Positions 38,099 through 51,183 of a DNA stretch of 64,000 nt are shown here, piece after piece. This DNA is from Octopus sinensis (lineage: Eukaryota), in NCBI RefSeq assembly GCF_006345805.1, contig NC_043002.1, forward strand, positions 93,310,001 through 93,374,000. Direction: 5' to 3'. Each line of letters opens with the position of its first letter. Within the stretch, counting starts at the first letter, position 1. The notes below the pieces were generated by a model. The model saw only the letters and a list, made by a program, of their open reading frames with translations, was not told where the DNA came from and did not search any database. The translations under genes and the position numbers were made by a program.

Positions 38099-38372
38099 TG
38101 TGGAGGCACATGGCCTAGTGGTTAGAGCAGCAGACTCGCGGTCGATGGATCACAAGTTCGAATCTCAGACCGGGCGATGCGTGTGTTTATGAGTGAAAAC
38201 CCCTAAGCTCCACGCGGCTCTGGCAGAAGGTAATGGTGAACTTCTGCTGACTCTTTTGCTATAACTTTCTCTCACTCTTTCCTCCTGCATCTTGCAGGTG
38301 GGGAGCCTATACGCCAAGAAACCGGGAAACCGGCCCTTATGAGCCTGACATGGCTCGAGAAGGAACAAACAA
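38099..38372 (+). mobile_element. SINE family D
   Basis: ggaggcacatggcctagtggttagagcag head; aaaccgggaaaccggcccttatgagcc..ctcgagaaggaac tail. Confidence 0.85.
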
Positions 38373-38994
38373 CATCTTACTGCATAGTACCTGGGGTAAG
38401 TGTCCCCGAAATTCTTGTCAGTATAATTCAGTAGATGGATTGTTCTTGCTTTTGGGTTGCAGACCTATTTTAGTGCTCAGTTTAACACCACTGCTATACC
38501 ATTAGATGCTTGTTCTAGGTTACCCTTTGTTGCAAACATTCAAATACCGTCTCTGGTCTGAAGAAAATTTTTTCCTTTCCTTCCACCATTCCACCAGTCA
38601 CATGGGCCCTGAAAGGATCTCGTGGATGTTACCCTTCCACTCTAAAAAAGCTCATGTAAAAATTCAAAAAATCCAACTTCAATTATGGGGGAACAAGCGT
38701 GCAATGTTTAGTCTAACATCAGTAGAAAAGACTTTGCATGTTTTCAGTCAATATGGAACTATTAGAGATATCTCAACCATCAATATTATGAATTTTTTGT
38801 ATGAAAGGTTACCAACATTATGGGTGAGTTCTGTTAACTGCTAAGGTACTGAAAGTGGAAAAAAGGAACAAGTTATGTTTTATTGCTGATACAAACTTAT
38901 ATTTTTGCTATGTATGGAAGAAGCTGACAATAATATGAAAGGGTTTGCCTCTTTATTAATTACTTCAGTGTTGATTAGCTTTTATCTATATTAT

Positions 38995-39225
38995 CTTTTA
39001 TCTGTTTCAGTCAATAGACTGTGGCCATGCTGGGGCACCGCCTTGGAGAACTTTTTAGTTGCATTAATCAACCCCAGTACTTATTTTTTTTTAAGCTTGG
39101 TACTTATTCTGTTGGTTTGCTTTTGCTGAACTGCTAAGTTATGGGGATATAAACACATCAGCACAAGTTGTCAAGCGGTGTTGGAAGACAAACACAGATA
39201 CAAAGACACACACACACACACTGCC
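38995..39225 (-). mobile_element. SINE family B, 3' part
   Basis: tgtttcagtcaatagactgtggccatgctggggcaccgcc .. gttgtcaagcggtg. Confidence 0.75.
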
Positions 39226-39434
39226 ATGTAGGCAGAATCTGATGATTGTGCTGGGACACTAGACATGTTATAAAACAATGTTGGGCATATTCACAGTACA
39301 TGAAACTAATAGTAGCACCTAAAAACATATTTTTGTCCACTAAATAATATTTATCTCTCACAAGATGAAGTACTATTTTTTTGCTGATCTTACCATCACA
39401 GAAACAGTGCATTACATACATACATACATACACA

Positions 39435-39808
39435 TCATCATCATCATCATTGTTTAACGTCCGCTTTCCATGCTAGCATGGTTTGGACGATTTTGACTGA
39501 GGGCTGGCAAACCAGATGGTTGCACCAGTCTTCAATCTTGATTTGGCAGAGTTTCTACAGCTGGATGCCCTTCCTAACGCCAACAACTCCAAGAGTGTTG
39601 TGGGTGCTTTTTACATGCCACCAGCACGGAGGCCAGTCAGGCGGTACTTGCAACGACCTCGCTCGAATCCTTTTACACATGCCACCTGCACAGGTGCCAG
39701 TAAGGCGACTTTGGTAATGATCACGCTCGAATGGTGCCCTTTTACGTGCCACTGGCACGGAAGCCAGTTGGCTGCTCTGGCAATGATCAGACTCGGCTGG
39801 TGCTCTTG

Positions 39809-39840
<32 letters not shown>

Positions 39841-39972
39841 GATGGGCTTCTTTAGGCTTTGGTCAGCCCAAGGCTATAGTAGAAGACACTTGCCCAAGGT
39901 GCCACATAATGGGACTGAGCCTGGAACCATGTGGATGGGAAGCAAGCTTCTTACAATACAGCCATGCCACAC
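39435..39972 (-). mobile_element. Family A copy (39435-39810) abutting a family B head (39840-39972)
   Basis: (cat)n-gtttaacgtccgctttccatgctagcatgg; then gaagacacttgcccaaggtgccac..gggactgagcctggaacc. Confidence 0.8.
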
Positions 39973-40254
39973 CTATATTACTAAACCATTACTAATTACT
40001 TCTGTAGCACTTACCTGAGCCAGAGCTAAACATATCTGATAAGTTAATGGTTATAAACAGGTTCATTTACTAATTGGCGCTGTTTGACTCATCAGTGTTG
40101 TTAATGATTTCTTGAGAGGAATGAAGGTACCTTGATCTTGTCCTTTCTTTCACATTGTGTTATGCTCTAACTTATATTGAAAGCTGTAGAACAACATTTA
40201 AGCTCCCTAACCAGTTCATTAATGTTGCTTGTGTTTTCTGGTTATCCAGCTCTC

Positions 40255-40480
40255 AACTGGTGGTGATAACAAAGTTAGTGTTGGTGATGACAGCCATGTT
40301 GATGATGATGATGATGATGGTGGTGGTAGTGGTGGTGGATATAATGATGGTGATAGTGATAATGAGGATGATAGTGGTGGTGATAGTGATGATAATGATG
40401 GTGGTGGCAATGATGATAATGATTATAACAGTGGTGGTGGTGGTGGTGATAGAGATGATGATGATGATGATGATGTTATT
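40255..40480. repeat. (GAT)n/(GGT)n compound microsatellite
   Basis: Directly visible; similar tracts occur at about 32400-32545 and 42315-42430. Confidence 0.9.
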
Positions 40481-41061
40481 GATCATTCACTTCATTAACA
40501 GGGCTTACTCTCCCCATCAGCAGAAATTCATAAAGCCCCCCCCCCCCCATGTTAGTTAGATCTGGTGGGGGAGGCTCCTTGGGTCATGGAGGTGGGGAAT
40601 GGCCATAGACTGACTGAAGCCACTCCCTCCCTTAAGAGTGGTGTTGATGGTAGCAGAAGAACTATGTTGCTGTCAACTGTGTCACTGTCATGAATGAATG
40701 ATAATTTAGTAAACTGAGAGTAGTGAAGGTCAAAGGTGAGGAGGAGAAGTAAGAGGAGGAAGTCAATAGGATGTCTGTTCTTGGGATAACAGTAGTACTG
40801 AATTAAAGAAGCTGACATTTGACAAGTGTGTACCAACATATGTCAACTAAAACTGTCTAATTCCACTGATAAATGTCACCAGCATTAGTAGTGTCTTTTG
40901 CTGAGTGAAAACAACTGCAACGTGGATGGCCTAAAAGGGGCCATCTAAGCATATTGCTTAGATCTGCAAGATACAGTAGCCAAACCTCTATGAAATTACA
41001 TCGAACTGTCTTAAATGAAGGAAACATAAATGAGATAATGTTTTAGGGACACATTTCTACT

Positions 41062-41396
41062 CTCTTTTACTTGTTTCAAGTCGTTTGATTGTGGCCATGC
41101 TGGAGCACCACCTTTAGTCGAACAAATCGACCCCAGAACTTATTCTTTGTAAGCCCAGTACTTATTCTATCGGCCTCTTTTGCTGAACTGCTAAGATACG
41201 GGGGACGTAAACACACCAGCATCGGTTGTCAAGTGATGTTGGGGGGGACAAACACACACACACACACACACACACGACGAACTTCTTTCAGTTTCCACCT
41301 ACCAAATCCACTCAATGCTTTGGTCGACCCGAGGCTATAGTAGAAGACACTTGCCCAAGGTGCCATGCAGTGGGACTGAACCTGGAACTATGTGGT
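41062..41396 (-). mobile_element. SINE family B
   Basis: Reverse complement of tail, (CA)n and head. Confidence 0.85.
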
Positions 41397-42741
41397 TCAT
41401 AAGCAAGCTACTTACCACACACCCACTCCTACGCCTACATCTCCATGAAAAAAAAAAAGGATGGTTATGACTGGAACATGTAGTAAATCAAAGGGCTGCT
41501 GCATGACAGTTGACCAGATGCTAAACAACAAGTTGAAATTTATGAAATTTACATGGTAATTGTTGCAAGTGAAGGTTAGTGGTTTTAAGGGATCTTTTCT
41601 CTTTGGCTGTCTCTTTTCATTTTCTTAAATTTTGTTCCAATTGATTTCAAATTTTGTGTATTGATGTAGTTTTGTATGCTCATTATTGTCATGAAATTCA
41701 TTTTTGCCATCAATCAACAAATAAATATTTAATAACTTTTAAAGTTTGCAAATTTTAAGTAATTTTAGCCACTCGAAAGCCACAAACATATAATAACAAG
41801 CCAAGCATTGGCAACTCTTCTGTAAAACCTTGTGTGTTTACAAAAAGATATTTCATTTGTTTACAGTTAGCTTTAGGGGGTCTTAAAATTATAAAATGTA
41901 TTGTTTACTCTTTTTTTCTCACATTAAATGCATATTGAATGCTTAAAACTACAAAATATGAGTTGTTTACCCCTTTTTTGGTTATTTCTTGCTTATTAAA
42001 TGCTTAAAACACATGCTATCATTGCAATGTTTATGTTATTGTTTTGTCGTCTGACAATTGCAGTCACATACACAAAAGGACTGCTTCCAAATCCTGTTTT
42101 CTGACTGGGTAAAAATTATCAAACTTTGAACCTCTGAACTTTGAAAAAAAAAAAAAAAAATTTCTTGAACAAGTGAATTAGGCCCCAAGATTCAGCATGA
42201 AAAATTACATCAATACACCAAATTTGAAAATGTTCTCTTAATTTTAAAATTTCAAAAAGTGCAACCAAACAGAAATGGTTCTTATTAAGATTTAAACTCT
42301 GCTTCATCATTTTCACCACTGCCACTACTACTACCACCACCACTATAATATAGATGGATGAAACTCAGCCATTTCTATCATTCTGCTGCTGCTACTACCA
42401 CCACCACCACCACCACCACCACCACCACTGCTGAGGACTACACCAACTTCCAGTGTCTGCTTTAGCATTGTTTCTACAGCTGGATATCCTTAACACCATC
42501 CACTTTATAGAGTTAGCTCACTGACACTAGTGAGGTTACCGAATAATTTGAAAGACAAGACCTCCCAACTGAACTGGGATTGGGATGTAGCATAGATAGC
42601 GGTGGCTTTATTTCAGGTTGCGGAGCAGGATATGATAGAGGGACAGGAATAGCTATCTTGGTGTAGAGGAAGTACATGGGTATCCCAACTGAAAAGAGAT
42701 GATAGAGATGATGATGATGTGTTGGGGTATATATAATGTGT

Positions 42742-43043
42742 GTGAAGGCACATGGCCTAGTGGTTAGAGCAGCGGGATCACGGTCGAGGGATCGCGGGTT
42801 TGAATCTCAGACTGGGTGATGTGTGTGTTTATGAGCGAAACACCTAAGTTCCATGTGGTTCCGGCAGAAAGTAACGGCGAATTTCTGCTGACTCTTTCGT
42901 CACAACTTTCTCTCACTCTTTCCTCCTGCATCTTGCAGCTAACCTGCGATGGACCGGCGTCCCGTCCAGGTGGGGACCTATACGCCAAAGAAACTGGGAA
43001 ACCGGCCCTTATGAGCCAGGCATGGCTTGAGAAGGAACGAACA
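42742..43043 (+). mobile_element. SINE family D
   Basis: gaaggcacatggcctagtggttagagcagcgg head; ctgcgatggaccggcgtcccgtccagg block; gagaaggaac tail. Confidence 0.85.
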
Positions 43044-43047
43044 ATCG

Positions 43048-43436
43048 TCATTATTTAACATCTGTTTTTCATGCTGGCATGGGCTAGATGGTTTGACAGT
43101 TGGCCAATCAAAGAGCTGCCCAGGCTCCATGTCTGTTTTGGCATGGTTTCTACAGCTGGATGCCTTTCTTAATGCCAACCGCTTTAAAAAGTGTACTGGG
43201 TGCTTTTATGCAGCACCAAGATGGGTGCTTTTACATCACATGGGCACAGGTGCTTTTTACATGGTCCCAGCGTCCACGTGCCCACAATATTAGGATTACT
43301 CAGCTGAAGAGAGATTCAGGGGACATGCCTGAATGCAAGGACAATCATGATTTTACTTAGCTTGACATCTTCTCAAGCAGAGCAAACTACCAGGAGTCTC
43401 AGTCATTTGTCATCTCTTCCGTGAGGCCCAATATCT
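43048..43436 (-). mobile_element. Family A, older diverged copy
   Basis: tttctacagctggatgcctttcttaatgccaacc and related blocks. Confidence 0.6.
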
Positions 43437-43725
43437 CTATCTGTAATTAGATTAATTGTATATTTCTCATGTTGACTAAAATTATGCAACATTCATGGGC
43501 AGTGGGAATCATCAGGCTACAGTTCAGCAATCTAACATGTAAAAGTTTAGGTTTAAGCATTATAATTCTGCAGTTGTAGCTTTTTTTTAAAATACTATTT
43601 ATTAAAGAAGTTATAAACAGTTAAGCACATGAGAAACTTCTAAAATAACAGAAGAAGCAAAGTGAAGTGGTGTGGATATTTCTGAAGGGTTCTCCCAATG
43701 AAGGGTAAAAATTAAGACTGTTCAT

Positions 43726-44254
43726 GTCTCCTCTTGTCTTGTCTTGAGACAGCATTCACCTGGGTGGGTTGAGCTGGCTTCATTCATCCTCAATGCTGCA
43801 TCTCTCACAAATGCTGACCAGGCCTGGCAATTTGAGGCTAACGACCATGTGATCTCCAACCACTCTCTATTCCAGTGGTGAACACCGTAGACATAGGGGC
43901 CTAGGTTGGGTTCCAGATCAGCCTTGACTGTCATCAGCCAGGTTTTTTGTTGTCCACCACATCGCTTTCGCCAACCCTGAAGGGGAGCTGGGGCAATTGC
44001 TTCGTAGATAAATTCTCCTGGTTGTTCTGACACCCAGTGGTATTAGGGCCGCACCTGGCTAACGGAGCTCTGGTGAACAGAAGTGTCTGATCCAGCAACT
44101 GGCGGCTTCAACCTGTCCTGTCCCTGCGTCTGTGGAAAATCTATGGCAGACAAAACGTTCTCCCAATAGGGATATACTTGCGGTTGGGGACCCCTAGCGA
44201 ACTTCCTATTCCCAAGATCCTTCAAATATCCCTCATGTACATCTCATCTTCAAA
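43726..44254 (-). mobile_element. Internally deleted (non-autonomous) RTE element with TSD
   Basis: 12-bp TSD aagactgttcat at 43714-43725 and 44255-44266; minus-strand GWRKRCGGQQKTWLMTVKADLEP..WSAFVRDA..STHPG RTE C-terminus; (caaga)n tail. Confidence 0.75.
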
Positions 44255-44271
44255 AAGACTGTTCATCATGA

Positions 44272-44650
44272 AGACTGTGTAGTTAAGAAGCTTGTTTTGC
44301 AACCAAGGGGGTTTGGGGCTCAATCTCACTGTATAGTATTTTGGGCAAGTGTCTTCTGACTTATACCTTGTGAGTGAATTTGACAGACAAAAACTGTGTG
44401 GAAGCCCGTCATGTCTGTGTGTCCTTGGTCTTTGTGTCTACGTTTGTTTGCTCCTACCTCCACATTGCTTAACAATCTGTGTTGGTTTCTTTAAGTTTCT
44501 GTAACTTAGCAGTTTGGCAAAGGAGATTAATAGAATAACTACCAGACTTTAAAAAAAAAAAAGTATTGGGGTTGATTTGTTTTGACTGAAAACCTTTGAA
44601 GGCAGTACCCCAGCATGATTGCAGTCGATTGGCTAAAACAACTAAAAGCT
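44272..44650 (+). mobile_element. SINE family B, degenerate
   Basis: ttgggcaagtgtcttct..gtgagtgaatttg..cagcatgattgcagtcgattggctaaaacaac. Confidence 0.7.
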
Positions 44651-45162
44651 AAAAAGAAACTGCTTTATCAATAGCTTTAAAGTAAAAAGATATAAAAGAA
44701 ATAAGCTGTAAAAATACTATAAAATAGAATCAGGAACATCTTAGCTTATCTGTTTCAAAAAATCTAAAAGATTGTACTTTTAAAGCAATTTAACAAATGT
44801 CCATTTTTAGAAGAAATAAACTCAGATACATATCACCTTCCTTTTCAAGATTAAAGCATTGTTTGAATAACAAATTTAATTTAATGTAACAAAAGATTAC
44901 ATTAAATGAAATAGGAATTATATTATAAAGGATTGAAAAGTTTATTGTTGCAAAGTCTTTTAACCCTCTTGAGACACAGTATTTTGGTTTGTGTAACCAA
45001 AAGGACCAAAATTTTTTCTGTTGACGTTGAAATTGATGGGTGTATGTAGAAAACAAAGGACAAAGTGCCTAAAACTACTTTATTTTAGTATGTAAATGTA
45101 TAATATGAAAGCTTATAAACAGTACACTACATCTATCACAATAATAAACAATACAATACATA

Positions 45163-45535
45163 TCTCTCTATATATAAACGGCAGTTTGTCTGTCTGTATG
45201 TCTGTGTGTCTGTCAGGTTGTACCCTCACCCTGACCACGGCTTTCAACCGATTCTGATGAAACTTGACACACACATAGCCCAATGTCATAATTCAAAACT
45301 AACGCAGCGAAAATTTTGAAAAGTTCCCCCAGTTCTGAAAAAAATCGATAAATTCGACATGGGGTCGAGAATCAGAAACACAAACCACAGACTGTCTAGG
45401 GGACGCACATCGACCTTTTTTAACTAAAAAAAAAATTTACCATCATTTTTTCCCAATTTTTTGGCTATAACTATCTAAAAATGCTTTATAGTTATTTCCC
45501 TTACAAACCCGAGCAACGCCGGGCGATACTGCTAG
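45163..45535 (+). mobile_element. Non-autonomous Helitron
   Basis: A|TCTCTCTATATATAAACGG .. hairpin cccgagcaacgccggg .. CTAG|T, with no TSD. Confidence 0.9.
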
Positions 45536-46287
45536 TAAATAAATAAAATAATAATCATGTTTCTATGAAAGAAACAAAAAAAAAACACAATACATATAAA
45601 TAAACACAATACATATAAATAACAACACAATACATATAAATAAACAACACAATACATATAAATAAATAAAATAATAATCATGTTTCTATGAAAGAAACAA
45701 AAAAAATGTACTGAAAGACAATCTCTGATTGAGGCTATTACACTTCAAAACCAACCATTTACAATGTTTGTTTCATTGAGTTGATGGATCAGCCCTCTAA
45801 ATCCTTTCAGCTTGTGTTACTTAGATTGGACGGTTGGCCTTGGTATCCCAAAAGGATTAAAGAAATCTATAAAGTAGGGGTTAAATCAAGAATCCAAACC
45901 CAAAATTCAACAACATCCTGTTTTTAGATACAAAATTACTTTTACCAGATCCTTCTCTGTAGATACCCTTAATCCTTTTCATACCAACCTACCCACAACC
46001 ACCCCTGGTTCTGTGATACTAGCTTACTGTTTTAAAGTGAACTAAATTCAAATCTTTGATCAAAATTTTCTGTTAATTTGTATTGCAGATTCATCTCTAA
46101 TATTAGCTGTAAAAAAACTATAAAATGCAATCAGGAACATATTAGTTTATCAGTTTAAAAAAAAAATTACAAGATTGTACATCTAATGCCACTTAACAAA
46201 TGACCATTTTTAGAAGAAATAAACTCAGATACATATCACCTTCCTTTTCGAGATTAAAGCATTGTTTGAGTAACGAATTTGAATTAA

Positions 46288-46825
46288 TCTCTCTATATAT
46301 AAACGGCAGTTTGTCTGTCTGTGTGTCTGTGAGGTTGTACCCTCACCCTGACCACGGCTTTCAACCGATTCTGATGAAACTTGACACACACATAGCCCAA
46401 TGTCATAATTCAAAACTAACGCAGCGAAAATTTTGAAAAGTTCCCCCAGTTTTGAAAAAAATCCATAAATTTGACATGGGGTCGAGAATCTCAGCTTTTT
46501 ATAGCAACACATTTTCTGTTGTAGTTTTCGCAACTTGCAATCGATTTTCACCAAACTCATGGTGAAGCTTAATGTTACCCTAAGAAACTTAATTCTGACG
46601 TAGTTTTCCATGCAATACCTTACCATCAGAAAAAATCGATAAAATCATGCCATTTTGGGAAATCGCGTTTTCGCCCAAAGGGACAGCTAGGAACATCGTA
46701 TACACAGAAGACATTGCAACCTACACATGCGCCTTCATTCCCTAGAGGGAAAGGACTAGATTGGGATTAGTCGTTGCCTACTAGGGGCTCTTACATACCC
46801 TGGCAACGCCGGACTATGCTGCTAG
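46288..46825 (+). mobile_element. Non-autonomous Helitron, same 5' part with a different 3' half
   Basis: A|TC..CTAG|T; the first about 200 bp are nearly identical to 45163; an empty paralogous site is at 44884/44885. Confidence 0.9.
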
Positions 46826-46883
46826 TGTAACATAAAAGATTACATTAAATGACTTAGTTGCTTTGCGAAAGTATTATTTATTT

Positions 46884-47300
46884 GGATCTTTTCGGTTTGA
46901 ACGGCAGTTTTTTCTAGCAGTGTCATATGAAATTGTCACCCATAATTATGACCCTAGAATCGATCTATTGCATTTCAATCTCGGTTAGGGTTAGTTAGGG
47001 TTAGGGGAAGGGTATCTTTTTTTCTTCACAAATGTAAATAAACCCAATCTGTTTCTTAAACGAGGGACATATTCATACAGCACAGAATGCTTTTTAACTC
47101 AATGGATGTCACTGATTGGTTGAAATTGCAGAAATTGAAGAAAAAAAGAACAACAAATATCTTACAAACTATAGAATTTTCTCAATAAAGGCAAGAGAAA
47201 AAGATGTTTTATAAACACATTCTACCAGTATACAAAGTTTAAAATTTTTTTAGTTACCTAGAAATTATGTTAAAAACTGCCGCTCAAACCGAAAAAACCC
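46884..47300. mobile_element. GGATC-family MITE
   Basis: Same TIR as 22851; TSD atttattt at 46876-46883 and 47301-47308. Confidence 0.9.
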
Positions 47301-47335
47301 ATTTATTTTCAAAATTAATTGAAATGAGAGCAGTA

Positions 47336-47571
47336 TCATCATCATCATCATCATCATTTAGCGTCCGTTTTCCATGCTAGCATGGGTTGGACGGTTTAAC
47401 TGGGGTCTGTGAAGCCGGAAGGCTTCATCAAGCCCAGTCAGATTTGGCAGTGTTTCTACGGCTGGATGCCCTTCCTAACGCCAACCACTCCATGAGTGTA
47501 GTGGGTGCTTTTTACGTGTCACCTGCACAGGTGCCAGACAGAGCTGGCAAACGGCCACGAACGGATGGTGT
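47336..47571 (-). mobile_element. Family A copy, nearly identical to 202-430
   Basis: (cat)n-ttagcgtccgttttccatgctagcatgggttggacgg..gaagccggaaggcttcatca. Confidence 0.9.
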
Positions 47572-47604
47572 ATTTCTACAAAAATATGGTAACAAAAGGG
47601 TCAA

Positions 47605-47817
47605 GCCTTTAGCATTCAAATTATTCTGTTAAATGTAATGCTTATTTATTTACATTGTTTTGAATTAATCATGTGTTGTCTTGTAGCTTTGTGATTTTGT
47701 TGTGACTTTACATTGATATTGTAGGGTAAGTGTGAGAACCTGCACACACATGGCCAATTCGAACATAAAACAAATAGAATATTTGGACCAGATATAGCTG
47801 GTTTAAATGCTAAAGGG
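47605..47817. mobile_element. TTAA MITE (second family)
   Basis: cctttagcattcaaatt .. tttaaatgctaaaggg|TTAA; the left TSD reads tcaa. Confidence 0.7.
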
Positions 47818-49297
47818 TTAAATCTGATTTGGTTATTTTCTAATTAGTATCTTTGAAATTGGAAATTTTAACATACTTTACATTTAGTTGGGGTTGGATT
47901 CAGTACATTTTCACTGGCTTCTGACTCCAATAACCCAATAACTATTTCTGAGTGACTCTACAAAACTCTCACTCTGACTCCAACTCCATGACTTCATCTC
48001 TGTTTTTTTTTTTTTTTTAATTGACCTGCAGACACTCTCTTGTCACTCTTACCATCAGAAATGCAATGAACCAGTGATTGACCCTTTGGAAACTTTTAAC
48101 CAATGGCATTATTGTTCACCAGTTGCAATATAGAGTTCTGATGACACATACTGCCTTTAGATATCCTTACTGACCTTTCCAACACATATGTAACTGAAAA
48201 TAATTCTACATAAAGCCAAAACCTGACCACCTATAGATTATTGATTTTTCCATAAGAAATAGTGATTCATTCTTTGGCTTTGTATAATCTACACTGGATT
48301 TCTAAGAAACCATTTTAGCATGTCTATTTTAACAGAAAACTTACAAACAAATGTCAGTTCTTTTACAAACCACAGGTATGATGATTACCTGATGATGTAT
48401 CTCTTTAACTGTGTGTGTGCATATATATATGTTGATGCAACCAGGAAAAACAGAGCTAAGAATACGAGTAAATTCTATTTTAATATTTAGTTTGATAAGT
48501 GCAAATGCATGAAACTTGTACTTTTTCGTTTTGTTAGTTACCTGGTAGCCCAACTCATACTGATGGCATGAAAATAAGCACACAGTACAGCCAGTAAAGT
48601 TGTTGGCATTAGGAAGGGCATCCAACCATAGAAACCTTGCCAAAGTTGATATTGTAGCTCGACACAGCTCTGTGGCTCACTAGATCCTGTCAAACCTCCT
48701 AACCCATGCTAGCATAGAAAATGGACCTTTGATGATGATGAATCACTAGGTAAGGTGTTGGATTGTCAGAAAAATTAAAGTATCAAACAAAATGATTGCA
48801 GTGTTTAGTTATAGACCACTACGTTCTGAGTTTAATTTCTTTGAAGTAGGAAAACAAATTACTAGTCAAATACTGAAATCAATTAAATATACCTATAATG
48901 GTTCTTAAAGGTGAATGGAAATATAATAGGAGACTAAAAATTGAAACTTTTAGTGAAACTTTGCTCTGCAACCACATAAGTTTGGTCAGCCCTTCTGCAA
49001 GGCACCTTCTATTATAGCCTTGTGCTGATCAATGCCTTGTAGGTAGAAACTATAGCAACCTAGTGTGTGTGTGTGTGTGCACACATACAAGTGAGTGAAC
49101 TAATGAAAGAAAGTGGCACTTAACACATTTAGTAGGAGTTATATACATTATTTAATAACAGTTTGACTCAGCTCCATGCTATTTGAAGTTTTATAGTTTT
49201 GTAGAACAAACCTATCTACCAGGCACTGATGAGATAGGTTCATTCTCTAAGCCTGCAAAACTGTAAGCTCATGGAGCTGAATCAAACTATTATTAAA

Positions 49298-49332
<35 letters not shown>

Positions 49333-50399
49333 GAGTTGAAGATTGAGATTTAGGTATTATTTTTTTATTCTTTAATATTTTCTATTTTCATATATATATG
49401 TGTGTATGCACACACACACACACACACACACATGCATATGTATGTGTATGAATTTGCATGAACATCAATATTTTGTATGTTTCTGTTTGAGCAAAACATT
49501 GGCAATGTTTACAATCCCTTGTGGACACTATGACTGGCCATTCTGTGGAATACAAAGAAATCCCTTAATAAAAAAAAACAAAAAAACAGGTGAAGGTTGG
49601 CAACAGAATGTGCTCCTGAATGTAAAATCCTGTCTGAAAATTGGTTCTCATTCAAATCCCTATTGAAGCCATGCTAGCATGGAAAAGAGAAAAGAAGAGA
49701 GAGAGAGAGACGGAGCATTATTTCATGTAGTAAACTGTTATTCAGTTCAAGTTTAGAATTTAAATTTGAACACCTTAACAATCAGTTTTGCATGGATTGC
49801 TATTGAAAGGATTAGACTACCTTGATATAATAAGAGTTGATTTAATTAATTGTGCTTCCAATAAAAGTTTTTGTTTCTAGTCAAAAATTCCCTCTACTGT
49901 TTTACATTCACTTTGCATGCTGCATTAGTTTGGATGGGTCACTTTGGCAGAGTCCATACATATTCATGGGTGCTGCTCACCTAAACACATTGAAAATTAC
50001 ATTTCCTTCATGAGTTTCATTTTTTTTGGCTTTTTATGTCTAGATACCCTTCCTGTTCTAAAAACCAAACCAAAAATGTTTGATATTTCTGTGGTGAGTG
50101 TTGTAGCTGAGAGAATGGTCAACTCACAGTGGTTCAAATCAAACAGAATCCCAAGTTTAACTAATTTCCCTGTTAATGGCCAGATTTTTGTTATGACATT
50201 AGTAATATTTTAGTGACTTGTTATTGTATTCAGTAATAATAGTAATAACGTTTAATAAATGTTGCTTACTGCAAGCTATGGATGATTCTTTTATGACTTC
50301 ATTGCTTTCAGGCTTAGCTTAAGGTATTTTCGCGCATGACATCACAAAATGCGTCTGAATAAATATTGCCAGACAGCAAATAGAGACTCGGACATTGCT

Positions 50400-50501
50400 T
50401 AGAAAATAATTTTCATTTTTAACCTTGTATATAGTACGCACTAGGGATTTTGACCTTTAAATTTTGGGGAAAAAATGCGGATTATACTCGAGGATTTACA
50501 G
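50400..50501. mobile_element. Right end of a TA-target Tc1/pogo-type MITE
   Basis: aaatgcggattatactcgaggatttacag|TA; a similar decayed end is at about 30480-30580. Confidence 0.45.
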
Positions 50502-50760
50502 TATATATATATATATGATATAGATAAAAGCAAAGAGGCAGGCTTGGAAGGTTTGGAAGAATGAGGGTAGCAGAGAACTTTACCAGGTAGCTAGAAGAGA
50601 AATTAAGAGTCAAGTCCATTTAACAATGATAGAAGCAGAAAAGAAAGGGTTTGCCAATGTTCTACAGTGTGATGACCAATGGCATTAGGTGTCCCAAATT
50701 GCAAAGGCAGTCTATTAGAGAAAATGGAGATGTTGTAGGAGAGAAGTATATATAGGCATA

Positions 50761-50919
50761 GGAGTGGCTGTGTGGTAAGTAGCTTGCTTACGAACTACAT
50801 GTTTCCGGGTTCAGTCCCACTGCGTAGCACCTTGGGCAAATGTCTTCTACTATAGCCTTGGGCCGACCAAAGCCTTGCGAGTGGATTTGGTAGACGGAAA
50901 CTGAAAGAAGCCTGTCGTA

Positions 50920-50980
<61 letters not shown>

Positions 50981-51183
50981 TTGTGTGTCTGTGTTTGTCC
51001 CCCTAGCATTGCTTGACAACCGATGCTGGTATGTTTACATCCCCATAAGTTAGCCGTTCGGCAAAAGAGACCAATAGAATAAGTACTAGGCTTACAAAGA
51101 ATAAGTCCTGGGGTCGATTTGCTCGATTAATGGCGTTGCTCCAGCATGGCTGCAGTCAAATGACTGAAACAAGTAAAAGAGTA
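50761..51183 (+). mobile_element. SINE family B, full length
   Basis: ggagtggctgtgtggtaag head, gggttcagtccc B-box-like, (TA)n, tail aaatgactgaaacaagtaaaagagt. Confidence 0.9.

Noticed and set aside
40017-40185. Minus-strand exon with a perfect CAG|GTAAGT donor
   Set aside because: All three frames contain stops, showing that strong splice motifs arise by chance here.
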